NCBI GenBank assembly: GCA_026936335.1
Contig: JAPMXV010000007.1
Location: 314,273-378,272 of the forward strand
Direction: 5' to 3'
Length of the DNA: 64,000 nucleotides
From: Mantamonas sphyraenae STR306
Taxonomy: Eukaryota; Protista; CRuMs
The translations under genes and the position numbers were made by a program. This document shows positions 1 through 11,320 of this stretch, piece by piece (the first letter of the stretch is position 1; each line of letters begins with the position of its first letter). The notes below the pieces were generated by a model, which worked only from the letters and a program-made list of their open reading frames with translations, was not told where the DNA came from and did no database searches.

Positions 1-732
1 CGCACAAGGAAACTGATCGACGTGGGCAAGCAGTGGAAGGAGGAGGAGCGCGCGGGCAACAAGAGCGCACGCAAGAAGCGCAAGTTTTACAACCGCTTCA
101 AGCAGGCCGTGTATCTGCTGGAACGTGACCACGAACACCTCAAGATTGCCTACAAGCTCCGTGGTGGCAACCCGCTGTACTATGCAGCCCAGCTCATTTT
201 CGGCATCATTTCGCTCAGCATCTCCCTCATGTGGGTGGTGCACATTGTGGGCTACATGATCATTGGCACCTACTTCCCGCCTGCCGAACCCCTGTTGAAC
301 AACCTCTTTGTGGCCCTGGACAGCGTGTGGGGTCTGTTTGGCACGGCCGCATACGGCACCTATGCTTTCTATCTGCTGCTGGCCGTGGTCAAGGGCAACT
401 TTAAGTTTGGCATGCGCTTCTTCCTCATGTCCATCCACCCGATGAAGGTGGGTGAGACCATGATGAACTCGTTCCTGTTCAACACGGGCATGATCCTGCT
501 CTGCTCCATCACCGTCACTCAATTCTGCACCGACGCGTTCAACATCTACGCCCGCCTGACCATTGCCGACCTCATTTTCAGCAGTCAGGTCAAGTATCTG
601 CGCTTCCTGCGCTACTTCTGGCAGTACGGCACCTTTGCCTTTCTGGGCTTTGCCTTCCTCACCCTGGTCTTTCTGCTCATCCGTGGCCCCAAGGACAAGG
701 CCGAGTTTATCAATGACGAGGACAGCGACTAA
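1..732 (+). CDS. LMBR1/LIMR-family membrane protein, 5'-truncated by the window edge
   Basis: Frame is open from base 1. Several TM helices and the motifs KGNFKFGMRFFLMSIHPMKVGETMMNSFLFN and TQFCTDAF match my recollection of LMBR1-like (LIMR) proteins. Confidence 0.85.
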   Translation, partial: RTRKLIDVGKQWKEEERAGNKSARKKRKFYNRFKQAVYLLERDHEHLKIAYKLRGGNPLYYAAQLIFGIISLSISLMWVVHIVGYMIIGTYFPPAEPLLNNLFVALDSVWGLFGTAAYGTYAFYLLLAVVKGNFKFGMRFFLMSIHPMKVGETMMNSFLFNTGMILLCSITVTQFCTDAFNIYARLTIADLIFSSQVKYLRFLRYFWQYGTFAFLGFAFLTLVFLLIRGPKDKAEFINDEDSD

Positions 733-852
733 GAGAGTGATGGAAGCGAGTGTGTGCCGCAATGGATGGATGGGTCAACAGTGAGACGTGTTTGCTGGAT
801 GCAACGTTGTTGTTTGGTCTTTCCCCCCACCCCCCTGCATCACACACACCCA

Positions 853-2254
853 TCACAGAGTGCGTGCAAGCGTGTACAGCTTGTCGCCGTTGCCGTTGCT
901 GAGAAAGTAGAGTCGCTCGTGCAGCTCCGGTGTCAGGGGCGTGTTGAGCATATCCATGCGTGCAAAGTAGTTCATGATCTTCTTGGTCTCCTTGCGGGAG
1001 AGGGGCGGGACAGCCACAGTGGCGTACGAGGCCGTGTCCTCCTCCATGTCCTGCTGCCATTGGGGATCCCTCTTGGGATGGCTGAGGGTGGGGGCCATGA
1101 TCACGTGGCCGTTGGCAAAGCCATGCTGCACACACTGACGCAGGGTGTTCACCAGACTCAGGTCTGTGGAGAGAAGCATGTTGCTGTCCACATCCTTGTA
1201 CTCGCTGATGTCCCACAGGCCATCCGCCTGATCGATGACCAGTGACACCGAGTACTCGTCGCTTTCGTCACGCAGCTGAGCCATCAATTCACCAAAGACC
1301 AGACAGGAAAAGTCCCGCGCACGCACACCAAACTCAGCCAGGTGACTCAACGATGGGTTGTCCAATGCCTCCTGGTTGGATTCAAAGGTGCGAGCCCACC
1401 GTTCTTGAAACACCTCGGGCAGCTCCTCCAGCTGCTTCTTCATGGGCAACAGTGCCAACTGGCCCATGTTGGCTTCACGAAGGCCACGCAACAGAGTGCT
1501 GCCCACCTCGGGCTGGTCGTACAGTCCCGTCAGCTTCGATTTGGCAACCACCCCTTCGCCTCCGTTCACAATGTCGTGGCGCACTGTCCAGCGCGGCAAA
1601 TATGGCCGTGTCAGTGCACACAAATCAAAAACATCCAAGGGCAAACGTCCCCACACAGGGAAACTAGTGGGCATGGGGAGGGGGCATGCAACTGGATCCA
1701 ACAGGCAACGAGGGGTGGTCCTCGCTGCGGACGTAAGGAAGGAAAACAAACGGACCTCGCGGCACTGCAATCACCACTCGGGAATCAGGGTCCCGCCTGC
1801 CCGCATGCGTCAGCACATTGAGTGCCTGCGACTTGCCCGCTCCCCGTGGGCCTGTGACAAGCGTGTTGGTGTTGCCACGTGCGTTGTCCAGCACCCGAGT
1901 GATGCACGCTCGCACCAGCAGGCCATGCGCCTCCGGCAGAGTTTCCAGCTGCTCCTGCAGCTTGCCTGCCAGTCCTTCAGGGAACAACGATGCCACATCT
2001 TCGCCTTCCATCTCGTAGAATGATCCCTGGTGGCTGCTGTCCAGTTGCGTGGGGTCATTCGTGGCAAAGAAGCCGTTGTTCGTCCTCTGCTGCTCGTCCT
2101 CGCCCACCGCCAGCTCCGCCTCTGCCTCTGCTGCCTCCGAAGCAATGGGGCCTGTGTGCAGCTGCTTGTTGGCCACACCTGAGCCTGTCACTGCCCATTG
2201 CCATGCCTGTGTGTGCATCCGTGCCACGCTGCTCTTGCTGCACCGTGCAAACAT
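853..2254 (-). CDS. DAP3: Mitochondrial small-subunit ribosomal protein mS29/DAP3; exons 2254-1756 and 1583-853
   Basis: Mitochondrial-type N-terminus (MFARCSK), P-loop GPRGAGKS, LYDQP motif, LVIDQADGL Walker-B region and C-terminal LYFLSNGN. A GTCCGT...CACTGAC...ACAG intron joins the two ORFs in frame. Confidence 0.85.
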
Positions 2255-2376
2255 TGCCGAACGAATTGGGGTTGGAGTGACTGCGCCTTCCAAACCAACC
2301 CCACTCTCCACTCCGTCACCCACACTTCTATCATCCTCACCATCCTCATCATCCTCATCATCGACATCCCCGTGCC

Positions 2377-3411
2377 ATGTTAAGCAACAGCAGTCGTGAC
2401 TTTCCCTGGCTGTGGCGTGTGTTTCTGGCACTTGCACTTGCGTATGTCGTCGCCATCTCCGTGTTTGCTGCAGAGATTGCACAGGAGTTTAACGATGTGC
2501 AAACCACCTTTTGGGCCATCCTTATCCTGCTGATCAGCTTCCACGTCCTTTCCGTGGCCATCACGGGTGTGGTGACGGAAAACCCGTTTGATTTGTGGTT
2601 GTTTGTGGCCCTCTCCACACTCTTGTCTGCGTTTGTCATTGTGCAAAGCATGGACATGGCCAAAGACTTGCATGTGCGTCGAATGGCCGTGGTAGCAACC
2701 ATGCAGTTCCTCTTTTGGGGCCTGGGGCTGGTCGTCCAGCGCAAATTCGGCTGGTGGGTCTTTCTCCGAGCCGGCGCCAACAGCAGTGCCCACCTCGGCT
2801 ACAGATCCTACCAACTGTGGATGACTCTTCTCAAGCTCGACCTTGTGCTCTCCCTCTGCTCGGGCATTGTGACCTACTTCAGCGCGGCGTTCCCCTGGGT
2901 GTACGTGCTTGATTCGGTCCTCATGCTTCTCAACCTGGTGTGGGCTGTCGTGGGCTACATGGGTGTCAAAACAGAGTCTTCGAGGCTGACACAGGCCTTT
3001 CTGGTGCTCTCTGTGGTCATTCCACTGCGCATCCTGTCTTCCATTGCACTCGATGTGGTGATGGTCTCGCAAGGAGGGCCGTCGGACGAGCGCAACACGC
3101 TGATGGTCCAAGTGGACATTGTGCGTGGTTTGGCCATTCTTCTACGCATGGCCCTCATCGGTGCCACCCTACGTCTGCGTTCGCAGTACGGAAGCAGCAT
3201 CAGCGTGGTGCGGCGGGATGCCGCCCAGAGCGAATATGCGGCCATTGATGACACGAGGACATTCTTTGCCAACAGGGCACCCCGCAATGCAGATTCGGTC
3301 TCGGGTGGCCTTGCCGTGGCCTCCCATTTCACCGTGGAGGCTCGCTCCGCCTCACGCGCAGGCGCAGAGAGGAAGGAGGTGCAGCTGTACGGGTCACCCA
3401 CCGGATGGTGA
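2377..3411 (+). CDS. Multi-pass membrane protein, UPF0658-like
   Basis: About 7-8 TM helices. FGWWVFLRAGAN...YRSYQLWMTLLKLD resembles the FGW..Y..IGA...YQ....LLKFD signature of UPF0658 Golgi membrane proteins. Confidence 0.6.
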   Translation: MLSNSSRDFPWLWRVFLALALAYVVAISVFAAEIAQEFNDVQTTFWAILILLISFHVLSVAITGVVTENPFDLWLFVALSTLLSAFVIVQSMDMAKDLHVRRMAVVATMQFLFWGLGLVVQRKFGWWVFLRAGANSSAHLGYRSYQLWMTLLKLDLVLSLCSGIVTYFSAAFPWVYVLDSVLMLLNLVWAVVGYMGVKTESSRLTQAFLVLSVVIPLRILSSIALDVVMVSQGGPSDERNTLMVQVDIVRGLAILLRMALIGATLRLRSQYGSSISVVRRDAAQSEYAAIDDTRTFFANRAPRNADSVSGGLAVASHFTVEARSASRAGAERKEVQLYGSPTGW

Positions 3412-3492
3412 TGCAACAGGGGTGAGATGGAGACGGGGCATGGGTGCAGTGTGGCGAGAACAGAAAGTGCGCGATGAGAAACAACCCAGCCC

Positions 3493-5115
3493 ATGTCCTC
3501 GCAAGCAGAGGCGCAGGCACACAAGAAGCGGGCTTTGGAGGCACAATGGCGGTTTGGCAAGATGAAGCTGGGCACGTTGGTGAAGCAGTTGGACCAGTTT
3601 CTAGACATTCTGGCTCTGGTGGGCAGCACACGTGTCAACACGCTGAATCGAGAAGGGATCGCACGCATCCACAGGTGGACAGAGTATCTGCAGCAGCTGG
3701 TGAGCAAGTTGGACAATGTAAAGCAAGTGCAGGTGCTCAATCAGCGCCTTGCCATGATCACACGTGCACGGCACCTTCAGCCACCGCTCGACGTGTCCTT
3801 CCTTGCTGCAGCCGCCCACCACAGTCTCGCCACGGTGATTCTGAATCCATGCTGCAAACATGCCGTGCGCGAAGGTATGCTCCGAGCCAACCTGGCCATC
3901 GGCACGCAACAGCGGCTGTTCTTGGTGCGAAAAGAGCAGCAGGAACCGAACAGGAATCTCCACGACGGTGTCGACGACGATATCCAAGACGTGGGTGACG
4001 ATGAGATGGAGAGCGACGACAAGGATGCGCTGTATGGTGATGACTTGCACATGTGGCAGCTGGTGAGGGAGAGCACGCGGTCGCATGTGAGCCTGGGCAA
4101 GGTGAGTGATTACGGGGAGAGTGTTCAGGAACTGAGCCGGAGGGCTTTGGAAACACTGACAAGAAGTGAGGAAACGTCTCAGGATCTTGGCATTGCATTG
4201 CAGCGCAGGGCGGCGACACGGTGCCTGCTTTCATGGCAGGAGAACCTTGTGCGAGAGGCGTACCGTGTGGAATCGTCGACCAGGGCAAGTGGCACACCAC
4301 ACACCCTGTGTGTTGACTGGAAACAACACTTTCGATCGGAATGCATAGCACAACGGTGCATGGGCATGACGATGCACAGGGAGGCAATGTACCGTGTACA
4401 AGTGAAACACAAGAGCTGCGAGGCGGTGGCATCGGATCTGGCATCCACAGCAGGGCGACACGAGACACTGATGCACTCTGTGGCCTCCATGATGGCGTTT
4501 GTAGAGTGGGGATGTTCCGAGGGAGAGACGGTGCACACGCGAGTGATGGACAAGTTGTTGGAGAGCGACCAAAGCGAATTGGCACGCAGTCGTCTGCTGA
4601 GCCTTCATCCGTGGCTGGCGGCGCATCTGGCACACATACACATGGCCTACTTTGTGTCGTACATGCAAAATCTGATCAACAGGATGCAAGTTCAGGTGTT
4701 GGATGTGCTGCATGTGTGGACACATGCGCTAGGGACAGCCGAGGAAGAAGCCTCGCAATCCGCAGAGACGGCCCTGCCTGGGCTGGTTACGAGCTGGGGA
4801 CAGATGCTCGACGAGCTCGTGGATGTGTACATACGCGTGGCCAATCTGGTGCACTTGCACACAGTGTGCAAACCGCTACGGTCGTGCTTGACCACCGCCA
4901 CAGGCATGGGACTGTGCACGCGCCTGGACATCCCCACACGGACACATGCAGCTCTGCTACTGAGCGAGATCCCCACTCAGTGTGGCCAGTTGGCCGAGGC
5001 TCTCCTGGACGCAGCCTGTGTCGACATGCTTGCCTCGATGCAGGCAGATGCACGCGTGCTACCTCTGGTCGATCTTGCAGCTGAGATTCTGCAATGGTTT
5101 GCGTGCTTCACTTGA
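3493..5115 (+). CDS. FANCF: Fanconi anaemia group F-like protein
   Basis: LVKQLDQFLDILALVGSTRVNTLNREGIARIHRWTEYLQQL parallels the FANCF N-terminus as I recall it (LLQHLDRFSELLAVSSTTYVSTWDPATVRRALQWARYL). LLSLHPWLAAHLAHIHMAYFVSYM resembles its C-terminal helical repeat. Confidence 0.6.
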   Translation: MSSQAEAQAHKKRALEAQWRFGKMKLGTLVKQLDQFLDILALVGSTRVNTLNREGIARIHRWTEYLQQLVSKLDNVKQVQVLNQRLAMITRARHLQPPLDVSFLAAAAHHSLATVILNPCCKHAVREGMLRANLAIGTQQRLFLVRKEQQEPNRNLHDGVDDDIQDVGDDEMESDDKDALYGDDLHMWQLVRESTRSHVSLGKVSDYGESVQELSRRALETLTRSEETSQDLGIALQRRAATRCLLSWQENLVREAYRVESSTRASGTPHTLCVDWKQHFRSECIAQRCMGMTMHREAMYRVQVKHKSCEAVASDLASTAGRHETLMHSVASMMAFVEWGCSEGETVHTRVMDKLLESDQSELARSRLLSLHPWLAAHLAHIHMAYFVSYMQNLINRMQVQVLDVLHVWTHALGTAEEEASQSAETALPGLVTSWGQMLDELVDVYIRVANLVHLHTVCKPLRSCLTTATGMGLCTRLDIPTRTHAALLLSEIPTQCGQLAEALLDAACVDMLASMQADARVLPLVDLAAEILQWFACFT

Positions 5116-5149
5116 ATCATGGTCGTTTCATTGATGGAATGCACACGCG

Positions 5150-7154
5150 TCATTTCTTCTCCTGAACCACCCCCTTGAAAAAGATCTCTGCAGGCTCGCG
5201 GAACCCCTGGGCCCATTGTGCATGGTCGCCGTACGATACGACGGTTGGTGGTGAGCTGATGATGCGCCAGGCCACACGCTGGACATCCTCTGTGGTGAGT
5301 GCATCGATTTTCTTGCATGCCTCGCGTGCAGAGCTGGTTTTGCCGTAGATGAGGTTGGACTTGGCCAGCTCCTCAAACAAAATGACGCGTGACTCAAGGT
5401 TCATCATGAGGCTGCTCTTGAGCTGATTCTTGGCTCGCTCCAGTTCCACAGTGCCAATGTTGTTTGCCATGCGGTAGAGCTCGAGACAAAGGACCTCGTT
5501 GAGATTCATGGTGGCGTTGGAGGAGGTTTCGCCGTGGATGCCAAACAGGCCCGAATCGGTGTAGCAGATGTTGAACGCAGTGGCCGATTCGATCCAGGCG
5601 TGCTCCGACAGGACATTCATGTACAGACGTGAGTACATGCCCTTGCCCGGCCCTCCGGAGGAGAAGGAGCCGCCGCCACCCATGAGCATGTGCAGCACGT
5701 TGGCCGCAAACAGATCCGGGTCATCCCAGGCCACCCCCTCAAAAGCAATGATAAAATGGGCGTCCGTGACACCACTCTTATCGATTTTGTACTCTCCTCC
5801 TGTGTACTGAGCACGAGCCTGGGATTTGGCTGTGGCGGAACCAGGGTAGGCTTCGGGCAATTCGTTGAAGCCATGCTTGACAGCCAAGTCGACAAACTGG
5901 CCATGGTCCACACCCGCCGCAGCCAAGACCATGCCCGGAGCCACAAAGAAGCGCTTGCGAAAGTCGTGGACGGCGTCGAGGGTGATGCGTCCCACATCCT
6001 TGGGGTCTGCATACAGGGGCTGACCAAGGGTTTTGCCCTCTCCATAGGCACTGTAGTGAAGCACCTCGGGCAGATACATGTCAGGTGACATGGCCACCTC
6101 CTCCAGCTCCCGGGTCAGGTAGAATCGCAGTTCGTCCAGCTCGGCCTGGGTGTACTCTGGACGCAGCACCACGTCGGCCAGCAGATGCATCATCTTGTCC
6201 ATTTCAGGGCGCATCACATCGCATGAGTACAGCAGCTGTTCACGAGATGACCCACTGGTCAGGTTCCCGCCCACAAACTCCACTGTCTGCACAATGTCTG
6301 CGGCGGAATAGTTTTTGGTAGACTGTGTGTGTGTGTGTGAACGGGGCTGTGAGTACGTGGGAAGGGTATGACGTGCGGTGGGGCAACAGAGAGGAGAGAG
6401 AGAGAGAGAAAGAGAGAGAGAGTGTGTGTGATTGTACGACTGTGTGCTGTCATGGGGCGTACCTTGAAGGCCAACTTTTCGAGGAGATGCGTCATGCCGC
6501 GAGTCGCCTGGCTTTCGTTGCGGCAGCCGACATTGACCGCGACGCCAAAGGTTGCCGAGGGACCATAGGTTTCCTGGGTGACAATCTGGAGAGCGGGTGG
6601 GGCGGTGAGAGTGGCAAAAGGGTGAGTGGTAAGGGGAGAGACGAGAAGAGAGAGAGAGAGGACTGGTCGGGGGGAAAAGGGCAACGCACCTTGAGGCCGT
6701 TGTCGAGGACAGTGGTGTGTGAAGGCAACTCATCGTCCGAGAGCCATTGCTTGGGCTCACGGAAGGGCACAGAAACATGCCAGGAAGGCACCTGGGTGAG
6801 CCAGTCGTCTTTGACGGGAGGCAAAGGCGGGAGATCGTCTGGGGCCGGACGCAGCTGGGCTTCCTTGGCGCGTACGTTGTCGGAAGTGGCCTTGATTGCA
6901 TCGTTGCCACCGAGGCCAAACACACGCGTGAAGAAACCCTGGGATTCCTCTGGGGCAGCCTCGTCGACGTTGGCAGGGCTGGTGGGGGCGTGGGTTGCGT
7001 CCGGGGTCTTGCCGCCGGCTGCTGCCGTTCCTGTGTGTGTGTGCAGGCCATGGTGGGGGGGATGACGCAGCAGCACAGCCGCGGATGGACCGGAGGAGGC
7101 AGTGCTGGCCATGGCCACGGGACCACGGGTGTGCACAAGGGAACGGGCAAACAT
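5150..7154 (-). CDS. PMPCA: Mitochondrial processing peptidase alpha subunit; exons 7154-6690, 6585-6463, 6322-5150
   Basis: M16 motifs TTVLDNGLK and GMTHLLEKLAFK (no HxxEH, typical of alpha), the glycine-rich loop GGGGSFSSGGPGKGMYSRLY and ELERAKNQLKSSLMMNLES. Two GT-AG introns restore the frame. Confidence 0.95.
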
Positions 7155-7204
7155 GGGTGGAGGTGGCGGCGACGGCGGAGGCAGAACGAAGCAGGCATCT
7201 CGAG

Positions 7205-8659
7205 ATGAATTTGGAGGAGAGCACACATGCAGAGAGGGAGGAAGAGGAGGAGGAGGAGGAGGAGGAGGAGGTGGAGATGAGTGAGGCAGTGAGAGAGAGT
7301 CTGGAACTGGGAGCAAAGCTGAAGGCAGCGGCAGCGGCCGGACGGACGGTGATGGCGGTGGATGCATTCCCGTACGACAGCGACGAGAGTGACGATAGCG
7401 AGACACGGGAACTGATGGCGGAGATCCGAGCAGCACGGGCACGTGCAGAGAAGAGGAAAATGGAGGAGGAACTGGCCAGGTTGGGTGTAAAGAGAGGTGG
7501 GGGTGAAGAGGAGGAAGAGGAGGAGGAGGAGGCAGGAGGAGGAGCCAAAGGCAATGTGTCGTACAGCGAAATTAGGAGCAAGAACGAAGGCGCAGCGGAG
7601 GTGATGGATGTGCCAGAGGTGGATCCGACCGAGGTGGATGGGTTGGAGGAGGCTGGCAAGGTGGAGCAGGTGGTGGACAGGGTGGTGCTTGTGCGCAGCA
7701 ACGCCAACGTGGACGAGGAGGCAGACGGGTCGGCACAAGCAAGTGGCAAGTTGCTGGACACAGGCAGTGTGCTGTTTCTGGAAACAAAGGCAGTGTTGGG
7801 TGTGGTGGACGAGGTGTTTGGGCCTCTGGCGGCACCGTTGTACTTGCTTCGGTTCAAGAGCAAGGCTGAGGCAGCCACAGTGGCGCCAGGGACAACCGTG
7901 TATGCATGGCCAGGCAGGATGAGCATGGTGGATGTGGCACAGGCACGTGCAGTCAAGGCAACAGACGCCAGCAACGAGTATGATGAGGAAGCGTCGGTGG
8001 CCTCCTCGGACGACGACGAGGGTGAGGTGGTGGAGCTGACACGGGACCAGGAGTCACGCAAGAGGGAACGGGAGGAGGAGGAAGAAGCAGACGGGGAGGG
8101 CAAGGAGGGCAAGGAGGGAAAGAGGCAACGTGTGGGTGGAGGGAATGGCACGGGCCTCATGGCAGTTCCCGTGCACAAGGACAAGGGTAGCCAGGGTCAC
8201 CAGGCACCGCCACAGCCACGTGGGAGACAGACACAGACACAGACACAGACGCAGACACAAGCGCAGCAACATGGCCAGCAGCAGCATGGGCAGCATGGGC
8301 AGGGTCATGGGTTGTTGCCTCAGCCGGGATTTGTACAGGGCTATGGGCCACAGCAGGGGATGATGGGTGGAGGACCACCGCCTCCACCACCACCCCCGAT
8401 GGGCATAGGAATGATGGGTGGGTACCCTGGAATGGGCTACCCTGGCATGGGGATGGGAGGGATGGGGATGGGGATGGGGATGGGTGGCATGGGTGGCATG
8501 GGTGGCATGGGGATGTCGCCCATGCACATGACACCCCAACAACGATACATGCAGATGCAAATGATGCAGCAGCAACAGCAGCAGCAGCAATGGATGGCAC
8601 AGCAGCAATGGCTGGCCCAGCAGCAGCAGTGGCAAAACAATCAAGCAAAGAAACAATGA
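7205..8659 (+). CDS. NAF1: H/ACA RNP assembly factor NAF1
   Basis: Gar1/Naf1 domain (LDTGSVLFLETKAVLGVVDEVFGPLAAPLYLLRF) followed by TDASNEYDEE...SDDDE, with an acidic N-terminus and a P/G/M/Q-rich tail. Confidence 0.88.
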   Translation: MNLEESTHAEREEEEEEEEEEEVEMSEAVRESLELGAKLKAAAAAGRTVMAVDAFPYDSDESDDSETRELMAEIRAARARAEKRKMEEELARLGVKRGGGEEEEEEEEEAGGGAKGNVSYSEIRSKNEGAAEVMDVPEVDPTEVDGLEEAGKVEQVVDRVVLVRSNANVDEEADGSAQASGKLLDTGSVLFLETKAVLGVVDEVFGPLAAPLYLLRFKSKAEAATVAPGTTVYAWPGRMSMVDVAQARAVKATDASNEYDEEASVASSDDDEGEVVELTRDQESRKREREEEEEADGEGKEGKEGKRQRVGGGNGTGLMAVPVHKDKGSQGHQAPPQPRGRQTQTQTQTQTQAQQHGQQQHGQHGQGHGLLPQPGFVQGYGPQQGMMGGGPPPPPPPPMGIGMMGGYPGMGYPGMGMGGMGMGMGMGGMGGMGGMGMSPMHMTPQQRYMQMQMMQQQQQQQQWMAQQQWLAQQQQWQNNQAKKQ

Positions 8660-8688
8660 AACACAATGACCATCGAATTGGCTACTCT

Positions 8689-9960
8689 TCACTCGGGTTT
8701 GGGTTTCTGCAGGATGTACAAGGGGCGGGAGTAGCCTGCAGTTTTGCCGACCACCTCGTCGTGTTGCTGGAGGACATTGAAGCCAAGGGTCTGTGTCAGA
8801 TGCTCCAGAAACTGTTCAGGTTGGAATGTGATGGTTTCAAACACCTGTTGGATGTGTGCTGTAACCTTGGAGCGCTTCTGATAGCTGATCCAGGGCTGGG
8901 GTTCCAGCACAAAGATGCCACCTGGGGTCAACAAGTCGTGGACACAGGCAAAGAATGCACGCATCCCGTCGTCCCCGTGGTGCAAGTGGATCCACTTGGT
9001 GACACTAAAGGCGCTGATGGTGTCAAACGTCCCCAACGACCCTTGTTCTACATCCATGATGTCCAGGCAACGGAAGTGAGTGTTCCATGGGAACTGCTTG
9101 GGCAACGAGTGTGGCCGTGGGTGTTCTGCTTGCAACAGGTCAATGTCGTGCTGCAGACTCCTTCGTTCTGCGCCGCGATCCTCGTCCATGGAGAACCCTG
9201 GAGGGGCGGTCAGGATCTTTGCCAGGTGCACCTTGGCCGACAGAGGGAGCTGCTCCATTGTGTCGTCCCATGGAAGTGGCAGGTATGTGGCAAAGGTGTT
9301 GTGCTTGTGTTTTGTGCTGTCGTCGCCATCGCCATCGTCATCGTCATTGTCATCGTCATCATCGTCGTCTGTGTCTTTGTCTTCCTCGCTGCTGCTTAGC
9401 TTTTTCGAAGCCTGCACGAGGTGTGTGCGTAGCTGGGCCACTGCCTTGTCCACCAATGCCTGGTCAATATCCACACCAAGCATGTGCTTGGCCCCCATTT
9501 GTGCCATGTGCATGGTGAGCTTGCCTGCGTTGCAACCAATGTCCAGGCACCGGCGGCCTGCAAACCACTCCTGTTGCAGCAGCTTCAGACGTGGGTCCTC
9601 GTCCCGCAGTCGGTAGTACATTGGATAGTTGCCGTATTCAAACGTGCTGCTCTTTTTCTTGCCCCCCTTGCCCTTGTTCTTGGTTGTCGTTTTGTGTGTG
9701 GTGCTTGACGACGACAAAGACGACTGGTGATCAGCCTCTTCATCCGTCGTCACCCGCTGCCGCTTGCTTGCTGGCTCTTCTGTGCCCTGCTTTGCCTCCT
9801 CCTGTCCATCCCCTCCCTCACTGGGGCTGTTTCCTTCCTGTGCCTCGTCACCATCCGTGTCCACCACCTCCTCCTCGTTGCTCCTGGACCGCTTGCGTTT
9901 GTTGCCGCCACTCATTGCTGCTTTTCGCTGGTTTCCCCCTCGCATCGGCCAAGTTGCCAT
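8689..9960 (-). CDS. MEPCE: Bin3/MEPCE-family RNA methylphosphate capping methyltransferase
   Basis: Motifs YGNYPMYY, LDIGCNAG (SAM-binding), FSVTKWIHLHHGDDG, LEPQPWISY and GYSRP. The start could be the second Met (MSGGNKRKR). Confidence 0.92.
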   Translation of the reverse strand: MATWPMRGGNQRKAAMSGGNKRKRSRSNEEEVVDTDGDEAQEGNSPSEGGDGQEEAKQGTEEPASKRQRVTTDEEADHQSSLSSSSTTHKTTTKNKGKGGKKKSSTFEYGNYPMYYRLRDEDPRLKLLQQEWFAGRRCLDIGCNAGKLTMHMAQMGAKHMLGVDIDQALVDKAVAQLRTHLVQASKKLSSSEEDKDTDDDDDDDNDDDDGDGDDSTKHKHNTFATYLPLPWDDTMEQLPLSAKVHLAKILTAPPGFSMDEDRGAERRSLQHDIDLLQAEHPRPHSLPKQFPWNTHFRCLDIMDVEQGSLGTFDTISAFSVTKWIHLHHGDDGMRAFFACVHDLLTPGGIFVLEPQPWISYQKRSKVTAHIQQVFETITFQPEQFLEHLTQTLGFNVLQQHDEVVGKTAGYSRPLYILQKPKPE

Positions 9961-10041
9961 CCTGCAATTGGGAGAACGAATGGCTGAATCCTACTCTGCG
10001 TATGTGATTGGGGTCGTTTCGAATCTGCAATTTCATTGGGA

Positions 10042-11224
10042 TCACAGCCAGCAGGGGCATTGCAGCAAGCCCTTCCACTGCTTCATCTGCAGCTTGGCAG
10101 ACGAGAGCAAGGTGGCGAGCTCGGCAGCCAGACCCTTGTAAGCAGGGCTCTTGGTAGCCACGTTGGCAGTGCGTGCCAGAAGATGGTACAGGAGCTGCTT
10201 GTGGGAGCGGTAGCGCTTGCAGGTGTCCGGGGCCTGGCGCATAATGGCCTTGGCTGACGCCTGGCAGCAGCTGCAGCCCGGATGGTACCAGCTCTCGTGC
10301 TCTTTCTTGTTGTGTGCGTTCAGTGTCTTGTGGGCATCCTGTTGGGCGTCCACCTGCACGTCTTGCATCACCTGCTCGGCCTCCAGGTCCGGCGGGTTGC
10401 GAGCGTCGCTGGCCGTCGTGCGAGCCGCGTGCTCTTCCTCGGCCTTGAGGGCGTTCGAGTCGTGCAAAACCTTGGCGTCTGTGTACGTGTCCGGAACAAT
10501 CTGCTTCACCTCCTTGTTCTGTGCGTGTGCGTGTGCGTGTGTGCGTATGTGTTTGTGTGTGTCAGCAACGCGGACGTCCAAATCCAGCGGCGTTCGAGAA
10601 AAAAACGGAAAAAGCCCTCCTGCGCGGGACGGCGGCGGGTTTCGGGGCAAGTACACGCGCCAGGCAGAGGCCCAGTGATGGCAACAAAGGGGCGAAACGT
10701 TGGCCACTGCGTGTGGCAGTCCCTGTACGTACCTGGTTAGGGTCAAAGGTGTCGTCATTGTGCACACGGGCGGCTGCAGCGTTCTCAGGGGCGTTTGCGC
10801 CCCGCCAGCAGCTGTTGCAGCCCATGGTCTGGGAATCGGCATACAGGCGCCAGTACAGGGCTGCAGTGCCCTTGTACAAACGGTACAGCTTGCGCGCCGT
10901 CTTGACATGCGTCAGCTGATCGGCGGGCGACTGCGGCGTCGGCTGCTCACGCAGCGCGTGCCAGTGCGACCATGCCACGTTGCGAGCTTGCAACAGGGAT
11001 TGGCGAGTCCAAAACAGTTGGTTGCAGATGGGACGGGCGCTTTTGAGCACCGACAGGTAGCAGTTGACGTTCGCTCGCACCTGCTCCTTCCTGCTCAAAG
11101 AACGCACCGCGCTGCCTCCAGCGCTTGCCTTGTGTGCATCCGTCGTGCTGCTGGCCTCGGCCCAATGGGCCAACTGGGCCACCAGCATCATCACACACAG
11201 TGTCACGACCAGTGTTCGTGCCAT
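10042..11224 (-). CDS. Putative secreted Cys-containing protein of unknown function; exons 11224-10733 and 10518-10042
   Basis: Signal-peptide-like start MARTLVVTLCVMMLVAQLAHWAEA. A GTACGT...GCTGAC...(CA)-rich CAG intron joins two ORFs in frame. Confidence 0.7.
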
Positions 11225-11266
11225 TTTTGGATGGGGGGGGTGGCGCACCCGGGTCCCGGTGGTTGT

Positions 11267-11287
11267 GGAGAGAGAGAGCGAGCGAGC

Positions 11288-11320
<33 letters not shown>
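11267..11320. repeat. (GA)n microsatellite upstream of the secreted-protein gene
   Basis: Direct reading. Similar (GA)n lies at about 6390-6422 and (GT)n at about 24386-24415, both inside introns. Confidence 0.85.

Noticed and set aside
10735-10744. GGTTAGGGTC as a telomerase template or interstitial telomere
   Set aside because: Single unit inside a coding exon; expected by chance.
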